From contig JBLDXI010000029.1 of NCBI GenBank assembly GCA_047495785.1, positions 3,720,001 through 3,784,000 on the forward strand: a stretch of 64,000 nt of DNA, given 5' to 3'. This stretch comes from Lepidodermella squamata. Taxonomy: Eukaryota > Animalia > Gastrotricha. How positions within the stretch are numbered: the first letter of the stretch is position 1; each line of letters opens with the position of its first letter. Made by a program: the position numbers and the translations under genes. Shown here piece after piece: positions 49,041-61,747 of this stretch. A model generated the notes under the pieces. That model made no database searches. It was given only the letters and a program-made list of their open reading frames with translations, and was not told the origin of the DNA.

Positions 49041-49624
49041 GAGTGTTTTTTTTAAGGGGTTTACAGGGTTTACAATGTAAACACCGGAAATAGGCGATGT
49101 AAACACCGAAATCCAAAACCTGCCCGCGTCTGTAAAGCACCTTGGTCTGGAAATTTGCTAACTCTCTCATCTCATGCATTTTCAACGTTAAAATTATCCT
49201 AAAATACCTGTAAAATGCTACTACACCACTACTTCAAATTGGTAAGGCGAATTTTTCGAATCTGATGGTGAAGATTATTGAGCAATCATTCCTGCGGAGT
49301 ATCACCGCGCATGAAGTATGAACTGCAATGTTTTCATTAACTTATTTGAAATATCTTCGTTATTTTAAAGCAATTTTAGGCTATTCTCAGCACAAATTCC
49401 AGCATAAAATCGAAATTTAAGCTCGCTTCGCTCGCAAGTTCTGAATTTTGTTGTCCCAAAATTTCAGCCGCTACTTCTAATAGTTGTAGATAGAAGGCAA
49501 TGCTGTTTTCGGTATACATTTCCCGCAATTTTATACCGAAAAATTCCGGTACATATAAGGCGGATAGGTGTAAACACCGAACTGTTTTGGGTAAACACCG
49601 AACTTTTCCTTAAAAAAAACACTG
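49041..49624. mobile_element. Non-autonomous TIR element (hAT-like) with GTAAACACCG subrepeats; internal part shared with 60765-60860
   Basis: (G)AGTGTTTTTTTTAAG...CTTAAAAAAAACACTG ends. The AACTCTCT.ATCT.ATGCATTTTCAA and GCTCGCT.CGCTCGC blocks recur at ~60770-60855. No TSD seen. Confidence 0.55.
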
Positions 49625-50640
49625 GTGTAACGTTAATATTCAATTTATTCCATCACCTCAGTAAACGGTAAACATAAAATTGTACAATAGCCTGTACAAT
49701 AGGCTCTTTCGGGCAACAGCGTGTTTCCATGGTCTCCTATTTCCTCATCCAAGAGGAGGGTCGTAGTAGAGAGAAATCTGAATCGCCATGAAATCGTGAG
49801 CAAATTAGATGCAACTTTGATGGGCCTTGAGTGGCTATAGTCTGCATTACTACGAAAGATTATTTTCTGTCAAGTTACATGCAGTGCAATGCAGCTGATT
49901 AGAGGCCCATGGCCGTCGAAAATCAACAGTGTTGAGTATTTGGCCCGGTCAATTTATTAGGCCTTTATTAGGCCATTCACGGCAAGCTTTTTTGCTTAAT
50001 ATGAGTAGGCTGACTTGAACCTGCGAGCCTTCAGATGGAACAGCAGCCTAATGGGTGGAATGCTGAGTAAGCTTAATTGAAGATCATTCCTCGGGACTTT
50101 AACGTTTGTCTACTTGAATCGGGCAAAGCGTTATTGCTTCGCATTATTTTTATTAAATCTCAAACCTTATTAAGAGCAGTGCTTAAATATCCCGATCACC
50201 CATGTGACGAATTAGACCGAAACTTGTGGCGAATTGAGATACTAATTAAAGTTAGAATCGTTGAGGGGGAACAAACATCGATGAAGGCCAACTCATCCAA
50301 AACCCTTGGACTATTACTGAATGAACTCGACACTAGCCACTTTTCAGCTGGACAGAAAAAATCAATAATTTTCATGAAAATCACTTGAAAATCACATGTG
50401 TTTTTAGCACAATTTTTACGCATCTGTCCATTAAAAGGCCGAAAACTGGCAAAGTTTCACGAGTGGACACAATGGGCAAGCCATTATGATAGATGTAGAC
50501 TTGATTTTTATGAATATCGATAGCTCCAATCACGATCTTTGCTACAGTGCCAATTTCAAAATTTGCTGCCAGTGTCATGATTTTATTTTGAATTTTATAT
50601 CGAAATAAGCATTTTTTATTTAAAAAAAATTCCATGAGTA

Positions 50641-51406
50641 AAGGTCTCCGCACAAACTCCGTATCTTTTTTTTTGCTTACGCATACGACCAATCACTTAC
50701 GCATACGACGAAAAACATACGACCACATACGGACCCTATTCACAAACTCTGCATGCATAAGCGTTATGTTTTTGCTGAACGACGGTGTCGCCTAAAAAAG
50801 GCTTGCTCTGACCAAGAATCGAACCCGGGTGACTTGTTTGTGAGATCGGCATAACACCGATTACACAAACAAGACGCATGAAGTAATCAGTACTTGACGT
50901 GATATAATTATTAATTAATATAATTGGTAATTATTGATAGAGCATATATATAATTTCTTATTTTGTTATCCCAAAGGGCCTCAAAAGGTACAGGGAATTA
51001 AAAAAAAATCTTCTGAATTTTTCTGAATTTTTTCTGAATTTCCATCGAGTTCTTGATAATTATTCAATTAGTCAAAAAAATTATAATTATTTTCAACTTC
51101 AATGTTCGCCGAGTTGTGATGGTATCACAAATAAAACCGGAGAAATTCTCTCACTGTTTGCGAACGTCGTTGTGGTGAGGTTGGTTATTGACTGACCTCG
51201 ACGATTGGAGGCTCGGGTTCGAACCCCGCTCATCACACGACTTTTTTAAGCGATCAGTTCTCGTTGCAAAAATACATAACGCTTACGCATTCAGAGTTTG
51301 TGAATTGGTCGTATGCGTTATGTTTTTCTTAAAACATTCGAGAGAAGCAAAAAACTTAACGCATAACTTGTCTACTTATTTCATGCAGAGTTTGTGCGGA
51401 GACCTT
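50641..51406. mobile_element. TIR element carrying two divergent tRNA-like sequences (50800-50878 on -, 51167-51237 on +)
   Basis: 19-bp perfect TIR AAGGTCTCCGCACAAACTC plus inner inverted arms; B-boxes GGTTCGATTC (-) and GGTTCGAACCC (+). Confidence 0.75.
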
Positions 51407-52298
51407 CATCATGATTATTCTTTCGTATGTTCTATGGCAAGTCAATTTGTGATTTTTTCTCACGATATTTGAACGACTTTACGATCACGATTCTTCGGAC
51501 GGTTTTTTGCTTCCAGAAGCATTTTAATGGAGAGATGCCAGGAGTGTCAAATCCATACAGTATTAGTACCAAGTCGATAACGACGTTAACTAATTACATT
51601 AATAAAACTGCAGCGATAGAGCAGTTATACTTCATGATTAAGTATGGATAATACTACAAGCTGAACAAATTAATGACTAGCGAGTAATTTATTAACATCT
51701 ATGTTATACACATTCCTCCGGCCGATTTGACGGCAAGCAGTATGAAAAAATAATACAACCACTCTACCTGATGCTCGTCGAACCTAAGGTGGCATGACAC
51801 TCTGCCACGGTAGACTTTATGAAGGGATCAAATCTTAACAAATACGCGAAATCTTAACTTTGGGACCGAGAAATGAATGAGAAAAAAAACAATAAGAAAT
51901 TTCGCCACAGGTATACTTTCCTCATTTTGTAATTACGCTAATAGTTAATTGTTATAACGCTAAATTTACAAATTACATTCACGGCGTATTATAATAATAT
52001 ACAAACGCCTGCATGGCATGACACGTTTGATGATCATTAAGTCGAGCGACTGTATATTTTCTCGAGGCTGTCGAACCGGTTAAAAAAGTGGTCGACCAGG
52101 TTTATTGTATTCTGCGGGAAAAGTGGCACGAACCTGTGAACCCGAGTGCATGGAGGAGGTTGATCAGCAGGTGGATCTCAGAGGCCATCTACAAGGTTGT
52201 GAAGGAAATCTCTTATTAGCTTCAATGCATTTTTAACCTTGTGAGTAATATTTGATTGTTTCGACCCCCTTTTACAAATTAGTGTTTGAACAAATTGA

Positions 52299-53346
52299 AT
52301 GGGGTTATTTATCCTCGCATTTCTCGCCGCTGGGTGTGCTGTTACTGCTGGTTGCCCAGCAGCTTCCACAACACCATGCCCGAGGTCTACAGGCGTCACC
52401 GAAGCCCCTGTTGGGACTTGCCCTAATGGCCAGGCGTGCTATACAACATCCAACCCGTGCAACTCTGGATCATCCTGTGTAGCATCCGCTAATGTTTGCG
52501 AAGCCACAACGAACAGCTGCGTGGCAAAAAGTGGCTCCCCTTCATGTCCTGGAAGTCAAGCCTGTACACCACCTGCTAACATTTGCGACACGAGTTCGAA
52601 GAATTGTATCGGCAAATCAGCAACTCAATGCCCGGGTGGACAAGCCTGCGCAACCCCGGTTTGCTGAACAATTTCCGAACAGCGTTTACATTACGCTGAA
52701 TTTTGAAAATGCGTGAATATACGTGTTACCTACAAGTTGTGTGTGATAACACAGACCCAAGGCGGTCCGACAAATTACGCGACAACCAACGTTCCATTTT
52801 GCACAGCGAATGGCGGGGCCTGCGACTCAGTCCTTTTAACTGACACAGCTGTAAGCCTTAAATCGAGTTTTAAAACCGCAATTTCCTGTATTATTTTCAG
52901 CCATCTACGGCCGCTGTTACTAGTTTCGCGTCTTTCGCAGAGTGCTGCAATGCCGTGAAAGGGGCTGACAGTGTCCTATACGATTTGGTTCCTGGCACTC
53001 CACCTGTGTTGGCGTGTGTTCAACAGTCTGGCGCAACGCGCAACTTTACCGTACAGATTAGAAGCTCGAAACAGCGGTGGAACTCCCAATGCTTTGTGTG
53101 TGCGCTTCCCTTATACAACTTACGCTCCGAATTATGTTGAAGTGACGAACACGCTGTTATGGCTTTAGAAATGTTGCTATTGTTTTTTGGTAATCTCTTT
53201 TCACGCATTCTCAGGCTACTTAAGGCGGTGCTTTCGGGGCTTCGACTTTCCAAGGCTGCTGCTTGCTTCTATCGTCGTTTCCTGTCAATTTAAACCTCGT
53301 CGATGCCTCTGGCGTTTCTGACTTTGAGATTTGCACTAAGATCTAA
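52299..53346 (+). pseudogene. Cys-rich secreted family, copy 1 (damaged)
   Basis: Four-exon paralog of 57020-58063. Lesions: exon-2 acceptor lost, 7-bp duplication GCGCAAC frameshift at ~53035, intron-3 donor GT changed to TT. Confidence 0.85.
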
Positions 53347-54329
53347 TCACTTGCAATCTGGAGATATGCTTGGAGACATATGTGGGACAGCAATGATGAA
53401 CCTAGCTATTCCCGGTTGTGTTTATTATTAATTTTTCATCGATTTGTTTGAAGGAAAGGATTCATCAGATTTTCTGTCAGCATCTCCCTTTTCGTGCTAT
53501 GCCTTTGTGATCTGTCCTGGAATTAATATCTATTTCTTTTTCACATTAATCAAATAACATTGGGCTCTACAACTTCTAAATGAATAAATGATAAATAAAT
53601 AGGACAAAAAAGATTCCTTTAACACCATCCAAAAAATATCGGATGTTATCCACACTTGGCGCTTATGAAAAATTACCAAAAAACGTTTTTCATCAAGCGA
53701 TTCTGTTATTTATCAAAAATGTCTCCCAGTTCAGTTCCAAAATTTCGGAATATCAGGAATCAGGACATTTTGTTTTTATTTTAAAGGCTGACATCGTAGG
53801 TCGGTGATTGCGTCGACATTTTGGCTGATTTCCAAGCCAAGATTGTGTTACAATTTCTCAAGTTTATGAATTTATGCATGCGGCAAGTATCAGCAAGTGG
53901 CATGAATAATAATATACAGCCGTCAAACGTAAAACTTGAGCTAACATTATTGCCACGCCGTACTTGTAGCCATAATGAAGCGAGCAGTGTAACAAACTAT
54001 AACAAATATGCGAAAAAGAGCTAAACTTAAGGGCCAAGTAATTAGTGAGAAATTGCTCTACAGTGATGCTTTCCTCACGTGGAATCTATGGATACACAAG
54101 CTCTTCAAATTTCCTACACGGCAAATTATGATATAATATATTGACGGCAGTGTGGCACTAGCTCGGCCTTCGCGTTTGATGATTATCAATAGCTCGTGTA
54201 GTTGTATATTTTTGCCGTCGAATTGGTTGCAAATTGCAACCGAGGACGAGGTGTACATGCGGCCGTATGGAGGCGAGAAAAGTGCCACGATCCCAAGAAC
54301 TCGAGTGAATGGAACTTCATATAAAACCT

Positions 54330-54985
54330 TGCTGCGACGCCTCAATGAACAGTTGCGTGGCGAAAGGCGGCTCCCCAGTTTCTTCATGTCCCGGGAGTCA
54401 AACTTGCACGCCACCTGCCAACATTTGCGACACTGGGTCGAATAACTGTATCGGCAAATCAGCAACTCAATGCCCGGGCGGACAGGCTTGCTCCGGCCCG
54501 GTTAGTTTCAGAAAAATTCCGCAAAAAATGTTTCAGAAGTTTAAATTTATTACCAGATTACCCACAAATTGTGCGTGAAAACACAGACCCAAGGCAATGC
54601 AGCAAATTTCGCAAAAACTAATGTTCCATTTTGCACAGCCAATGCTGGGGCCTGCGACTCAGTCCTTAAAAGCGACACAGCTGTAAGCCTTAGTGCGAGT
54701 AATGAAATTTCCAAACAGTATGATTTATTTTCAGCCAGCTACCGCCGAAATTACTAGTTTCACATCTTTCGCAGAGTGCTGCAATGCCGTTAAAGGGGCT
54801 GACAGTGTCCTTTACGATTTGGTTCCTGGGACCCCTCCCGTGTTGCCGTGTGCTCAGCAGGCTGGCACAACTTTACCATAAAGACTAGCAGCTCGAAACA
54901 ACAATGGCAATCCCAGTGCTGCATGTGTGCGCTCCCCTTATACTGCTTCTTCTCCCAATTATGTTGCAGTTACGGGCACCTTGGT
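54330..54985 (+). pseudogene. Cys-rich secreted family, copy 2 (5'-deleted, premature stop, last exon missing)
   Basis: The TATA box (54320) is fused directly to mid-exon 1. TAC is changed to TAA at ~54879. Confidence 0.85.
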
Positions 54986-55665
54986 AGCTTGCAAAATGAT
55001 TACACTTTTCCTGAATCGTGCCATTCTGTTTGTTTTAGTGCTTCATCTCACATGCCCTGTGTGAACAATCGAGATAAGGACAAATAAAGAAGATTTGTTG
55101 TTGAGTTATTCATTATTCATTATTTGACGTCCGAATTCAGCCATTTTGTCGAAAAATATGTGTGTAAATATACTGGCTCCTGTAAAATCCGAGTTACCCG
55201 ACCGCGTACGGAGTACGGACCGAAGTTCGGAATTTGCAGTCCCGAATCTGACCAAACTGTCCTTTTCTTACCTGGATCTAGGGAAAAAATACCCAGTTTG
55301 ATACTGAAGATGGTAACGATAGTCTGTAATCTTGAAAGTTTTGATTTCATCTCAACTCTCACTGAACTCTAAGCAATTAAACTAAATTCAGTGGATGAAC
55401 AGGACCCTCGATGCGGTGACAGTTTTCGGTATTTTCAGCACGGAATTCAGCTGACCGAAGGGTCCCACCAGTGATTTTTCGAGTCTCTTGCCCGAACCTT
55501 TCGAGGTGGAGGTACGGTACCCCGTACTTCGCACACTGATTAGACACTGTATGTAATCTTAGAATCGATATTGATAGCTTGGAACTTTATTATAAATGAT
55601 TGACTTCAAATTTCACAATTTCGGAATATCAAGATGCTAGTTATTAACTTTCCCGCCAAATGTCC

Positions 55666-56150
55666 TCAGTTGTGAGCTGAAACCTCACTCCAGAACTGGG
55701 TCAAAAACACTTTCATGAAATCGTGACGCTGCTGAGCTAGTTGGCGCGCAGATTCCGTATTCATCATAGCCGACAAATGCAGCAACTTCTCCTAGACATG
55801 CCCAATCGCATCGCCACCCTTCGGCTTAACAGCCGACGCGTTGTACTGCACAGCCATCGGCTTCTCAGCCACGTAATTCTCCGGCTCAATGAACTGTGAA
55901 ATTCGTGTACGTAAACTCGCCGACATCGTGGATGAGCGCGGTGATTGGGACGCCTTTTTCCTTGACTTTTCAAGCTGCTATCACGGGCTTGTTCCATGGC
56001 GACTAGACGCAGGGCGTTTGATTTAACGGGTTCGATGTTGCTGAAATCTTTGTTGTCTTCCAGGTAGATTTTGACTAGCTGCTCGGTTGTTCGAAGCATC
56101 TCGGAGCTCAATGTGCTATCAATCGCTGACAAGCGTTGACCATCTTTCAT
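55666..56150 (-). pseudogene. HD-domain phosphohydrolase (YpgQ/YedJ-like) pseudogene
   Basis: Across frames: TEQLVKIYLEDN..EPVKSNALRLVAME; ITALIHDVGEFTY (HD motif); DAIGHV*EKLLHLSAMMNTESARQLAQQRHDFMKVFLTQFWSE. It has frameshifts, an internal deletion and a TAG at 55792-55794. Confidence 0.78.
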
Positions 56151-56399
56151 CGGCTCCACCGATTCGAATTAGGACAGCGGGCTGACGTAGGCCGTGTTGA
56201 ACCCATAAACCTGCGAGCATTGCGAGGTGGATAAGAGGATTGTAGAGTTAGCTATTTTTAAGACCATTCCTGGTGGTTTTAAAAACCGTCCTCATTTTTA
56301 GACAATGCCCAACTCAACCATAATGCTGTCAACTAATTACATGAATTTGATAGCGCTATAGCAGTCTTGCCTCTCTTGATGAATATGAATAATAACACA

Positions 56400-56970
56400 A
56401 GCTATAGAATTTAACGACAAGCTGTGTATTGATATTACACACAGCGCTGATGCTCCGGCCGAATCGACGGCAAGCAGCATGAAAAGAGAAAAAATATACA
56501 ACCACACGACCTGGTGTTCATCAAATCTAAAGGCATAAGGTGGCGTGAGACTCTGCCACAGTATACGTGGCCGTGCTGAAGGGGGCAAATTTTGACAAAC
56601 ACGCGAAAGAGAGAAAAATCAGCAGCGCTGAACTTTGGGACGAATAAATTACGAGAAAATAATAAGAGATCGCGCCACAGTGATACTTTCCTCACGTAGT
56701 AATTATGGATAATGACACAAGCTCTTCAAATTTCATACATGGCGAAATAGGAAAATACAGTGACGGCGGTATAGCGCTAGCTCGGCCTTCATATTTAATA
56801 ATGATCATTAGCTCGTGTAGTTGTGTATTCTTCTTGAGGCTTTTACTGTCAAATCGGAAAAAAAATTGCCACTTGCCACCGAGGGCTAGGTGTACATGCG
56901 GCCGAGTGGAGGCGGGAAAAGTTCCACGATCCCATGAACTCGAGTGCATGGAACTGCCTATAAAAGTCGA
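56400..56970 (+). promoter_or_regulatory. Conserved upstream/promoter block of the Cys-rich family (paralogs at 51680-52155, 53860-54328, and an orphan at 58510-58790)
   Basis: Shared GTGGC-N10-GCCAC, TTCCTCACGT and CGAGTG(C/A)ATGGA motifs. TATAAAA at 56959 and 54320. Confidence 0.65.
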
Positions 56971-57019
56971 CTGAGGGTTTCGCGCGATTATTTTCTTTCA
57001 TTTAATTGTTAAATCATCC

Positions 57020-58063
57020 ATGGAGAGTTTCATCCTAGCAATTCTCGCTGCTGGGTTTGCGGTTACTGCTGCTTGCCCTACAGCTTCCACAACACCATGC
57101 CCGAGGTCAACAGGCGTCACGGAAGCCCCTGCTGTTGCGACTTGCCCTAATGGCCAGGGTTGCTATACGACATCGAACCCTTGCAACTCCGGATCATCCT
57201 GTGTGACATCGGCTAATGTTTGCGACGCCACAACGAACAGTTGCGTGGCGAAAGGCGGCTCCCCAGCTTCGTCATGCCCCGGAAGTCAAACATGCACGCC
57301 ACCTGCCAACATTTGTGACACTGGTTCGAATAACTGTATCGGCAAATCAGCAACTCAATGCCCGAGCGGACAGGCTTGCGCAACCTCGGTTTGCTGAACA
57401 ATTATCTAACAACTGTAATTGTGCTGAATTTTTAATGTATGTGAAACAGGTTTCCTACAAGTTGTGTGTGATATCAATGACACAAGGTTCAGTAACTTAC
57501 ATGAAATATGATGTTCCATTTTGCACATCGAACGCTGGGGCCTGCGACTCAGTCCTTAAAACTGACACAGCTGTAAGCCTATTTTCGAGTTGTAAAACTG
57601 CAATTTCCTAACTGTATTCTTTTCAGCCATCTAAAGCCGCTGTTACTAGTTTCGCGTCTTTCGCAGAGTGCTGCAATGCCGTGAAAGGGGCTGACAGTGT
57701 CCTATACGATTTGGTTCCTGGCACTCCACCTGTGTTGGCGTGTGTTCAACAGTCTGGCTCAACTCTACCTTACAGATTATCAGCCATAAATAATGATGGA
57801 TCTCCGAATGCTGCATGTATGCGCTTCCCTCATACTGCCTATACTAGGTCTTACGGTGAAGTTACGAAAACCCTGGTATAGCTTTTGAAATGATAACACT
57901 GTTTATCTGTTTAATTTATTCCGTTCGCATTCAGGTTACTAAAGGCGGCGCTTTCGGGGCTTCAACTTTCCAAGGCTGCTGCTTGCTAATATCGCCTTTT
58001 ACCGTCACGCTGGGCACCACAAAAGCCTATGGTGTTGATTTCGAATACTGCCTTACTACTTAG
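57020..58063 (+). CDS. Cys-rich secreted family, copy 3 (intact, 289 aa). Exons 57020-57388, 57450-57572, 57627-57875, 57935-58063
   Basis: Signal peptide, repetitive Cys/Thr/Ser/Pro N-terminal half, and a ~165-aa C-domain. Three phase-0 introns; the frame is open. Confidence 0.88.
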
Positions 58064-58854
58064 ATGGCGTCAGGTGACTAATAGAAGAGCCCCAGATGGA
58101 TAATAATAATCAGTTGTTTGACAAATACAGTTTGTATCGAATTCTTGAATCTTGCTGTTCTCTTTTTAATGCTTTTTCCTCCATGACGTGTGAACAATCG
58201 AGGAAAGAACAAATAAAAAGATTTATTGTTCTCCATTTTAATCACAAAGCTATTTCATCTACGGATACGCCGAAATGATTTGTGCAAAAACATTTTTTTG
58301 TTCTCGAATCAAAACAAGAGGAATAACAAGATGGGAACCAGCTCTGGAGCAAGCTCGGCGTGCTCCGACCAATACCACGGCTGGCCCATGTGCAGTGAAA
58401 CAAAATTCGTTCAAATGGTTTAATTTGCTGATAACATTTCACCTACAGGTACGGTTTGGAGCGGCGATAAATCATAGAGCGCCATTTCACAGCGATTCCT
58501 GCCGCTCTTGATGATAATGAATAGTAATACAATCTGTAGAAATTCATGACTAGCAGTAAGTGATATATACACTTATATTCGACACAACGTTGATCCCCCG
58601 AACGATTCGACGGCGACCAGCTTGTAGAAAACACGCGAATTTACAACCACGCGTCCTGAGTTCGTCAAACCTAAAGGCATAAGGTGGCGTGAAACTCTGC
58701 CACAGTAGAAGAACACTCGTTGAACTTTGAGACGAAAGAATGAGAAAAAAATAAAAAAATTGTGCCGCATTGATAAGGGCTGGCCACAATTCGTAAAAAA
58801 CGGATGAAGTCGTTGATCCAAGACAGAAAAAATCTAGTATTAGTATTCAAAAGC

Positions 58855-58930
58855 GATTGTGGCTTAGTTGCTCATTGGTTTGAGCACTAGCCTCAGTTAC
58901 CGAAGATCGCAAGTTCGATTCCACAAGTCT
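58855..58930 (+). other. Degenerate tRNA-derived sequence (SINE head or tRNA pseudogene)
   Basis: A-box-like TTGCTCATTGG and B-box AGTTCGATTCC; no convincing acceptor stem. Confidence 0.4.
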
Positions 58931-59649
58931 CCATTTTTTGTTCTTCGTGGACGTTGCGATAGCAAAAAATTTCATTTGAATTGCCGTATTTGAATGTTCG
59001 TTTGTGGCATGGGTCCTGTCAAATTCAAGTAAGCAAATCGTCAAGTGATGATTTTTTGCAAAAAATGCAAAACAAGCACGGCGATTTGAATGTTGACGAC
59101 TGAATTAGTGATTTGACACGCGTTTGTGGCCCGCCCTAGCTTTCTAGCTTAGGGGTTATTACGGATGATGACAGGAGGCCTTCAAATTTCATCACCGGCG
59201 AATTACAATAATATATCAAAAACTAAATAGTAAAACCAAAACTATCCTGCCGCATTCGACAACCCGTTCTGTGTAGATAACATGTTTTTCCGCGCGCTCG
59301 ACGATTTTACTTTATTTTATCAAAGCCCGATTGAAAGTATAGGAGTAATAGGAGAAAAATATGTGTATTTTAGATTCACTTTCGATCAAGTTATTTTAAT
59401 TCGATGAAAGCCCTCTTAATCTGGCTGCAATTGGTAGAAAAAGCACTTTAAACACAGCAAATGCGACAGTAAATGCGCGTCAACAAAAACAAAATATCTT
59501 TCGTCCGTTCCTTAATCCATCACAACAGCCATTACTTACACACAAATATGCATAACTACAAAACAGAGAATGAAAAGTTTACAGAAACCGATGCAAGCTT
59601 CCTTTTTTCTTTGCCGTTTCCAACCACGCCATGTTCCAAATCTATGCGA

Positions 59650-60257
59650 TTATGCTTTATAGCAAACCTCAAAGTCAGTGGCGCCATAGGCAATGCCGGT
59701 GGTCATTGTGACAGTGAACGGCGATAGAAGCAAGCAACAACCTTGATAAGTTGCGGCCCCGAATGCACCGCCTTTAGTAGCCTGAATGAGAACAGAGAAA
59801 ATGCCAATAAAAATGATATCATTCTAAAAGCTACCAGGGTGCTCGTAACTTCTACTACAATGGGAGTATAACCAGTATACGGGAAGCGGAAACAAAAAGG
59901 ACGGGGACTCCCATTGCTGTTTAGAGCTGTTAATCTGTAGGGTAAAGTTGCGCCAGCCTGTTGAACACGCGCCAACACGGGAGGGATGCCTGGAACCATA
60001 TCGTATATGACACTGTCAGCCCCTTTCACAGCATTACAGCATGCCGTAAATGACGGAAAAGTGTTCACCGCGGCGGCTGATGGCTGAAAAGAATACAGTT
60101 AGGTAATTGCCGTTTCACAGTTCGCATATACTGTTGTTCCAGTTGTAAGGACTGAGTCGCATGCCCCACCATTCGATGTGCAAAATGGAACATTAGTTTT
60201 TGCGAAATTTGTTGCATCGCCTTGGGTTTGCGTTATCACGCACAACTTGTACGTAGT
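59650..60257 (-). pseudogene. Cys-rich secreted family, copy 4: exons 2-4 only, frame open, exon 1 absent
   Basis: TTYKLCVITQTQGD...; PSAAAVNTFPSFTACCNAVKG; ATKGGAFGAATYQGCCLLL...EVCYKA*. Upstream sequence is transposon-derived. Confidence 0.8.
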
Positions 60258-61089
60258 CTGGTTTTCATACATTCGAAGCTCAATGTAATAGGTAACAGAT
60301 GAAACCGACACTAGATTGAAGTCAAATTGGACCGACAAATAGTAGCTACTTCTCAGAATTTTCATTCATTACCTGTGAATCCTACCGACTCCGGATTTTT
60401 TATATGAAGTACTAATGCAATTTATTAATTATGAAAATTATTTTCAGCGCATTTGCATCTTGAGCAGATTTCACCCGCTTCCCGGCCCTACTCCTTTGCT
60501 AAACCATTTTTAAGGTTGATTTTCAACTTGCAACAACATTTATTTAATCAGACACCATGGGTATGAGTGTTTCGGCATTTTATACATATTTCGAGCGGAA
60601 AAACTAGTTTTCTTCAGAAAATAACCAACCATGTGGGAACAGGAATCCTAAACTTCGTGTTTCAGCCCTTGAAAATACTCTCGGGCTTAGCTTCCCTACG
60701 CCCGCGGGCATTTTCAGCGGGCCGAAATCTCGTTTCTGCCCTCAACACCGTTATGGATTCTTAAATTACCAACTCTCTAATCTAATGCATTTTCAAAGTT
60801 CAAATTATCGTGAAATACCAACGGAAATATAAATTTTTCTGCTCGCTACGCTCGCACACGAGAATTACTCTATCGGATCAAAAGTGCCAAGGCAGAAGCT
60901 GCTAAGGTCGATTCCGAAGAAGGCAGGCAATGTAAGGACAATTTTTTCTTTAATTCTAGAATAATACCAGATTTGTATTTCAAAAGCTGAATTGATAACT
61001 AGTGCTGTCTCTGCTCAACACAACTCAACACAACTCAAACTCAACACAATCGGAGACGAGTATCAGTTCGATTTTTGCTCCAACATTAG

Positions 61090-61470
61090 CTGTGAAATTT
61101 ACTAAAGTTGAAGTCACGCTCATTAGAAATGCGCTCGTCCGCTTTGTGGTTGATAAACTGCGGCCGACTTCTATCGTCGAGGATACATACCTACGACGCT
61201 TGTTGTTTGAAATTTACCAAATCGGTGCTCGCAAAGGTCCGGATAATGAAGAAAACTTCAAAGATTTGTTATCTGGAAGAACAGCGGTGACAGAACAAAT
61301 TTTGGAGTTAGCCACTGGAGCTGGGATGAAATTGCGCGATAAGTGCACGATTGTTTGTGATCATTGGAAGTCGGACGGTGGGCGCGAAATTCTCTCCGTC
61401 CTCGCTCCCGTGGTGACATTACTCGAAGGAATAGCGAAGCTTGAACGTAATAACGAACAAATTGAAATGG
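61090..61470 (+). mobile_element. hAT (Hermes-like) transposase fragment
   Basis: RFVVDKLRPTSIVED..LRRLL..IYQIGA...DLLSGRTAVTEQI...TIVCDHWKSD resembles the Hermes DNA-binding domain and first catalytic D(x)W region. Internally deleted. Confidence 0.7.
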
Positions 61471-61747
61471 AATCCTCAATTGACCTTCCGATCATTTGGC
61501 AGTTTTCTTGCCATAAGATGTGACTTCGCCTCTCATTTTAGACCTTTAGGTGTATTTTCTTTGTTTACAATTTATTTTCGCGCTATTTTTAGTTTGTTTT
61601 TGATTAATTTGATAATTTGTCCTTTTCCTAATCCATTACAATAGCTATGACTAATACAAATATGCAAAACTACCAAAAAAGTGAATGAAAAAGTTGATTA
61701 AACCGATGCATGCGTTCTTTGCCGTTTCCAACCACGCCAACTTCCGA

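Noticed and set aside
27765-58930. tRNA-like sequences at 27765, 50800, 51167 and 58855 as functional tRNA genes
   Set aside because: A/B boxes are present but the stems do not pair into convincing cloverleafs, and most lie inside repeats.
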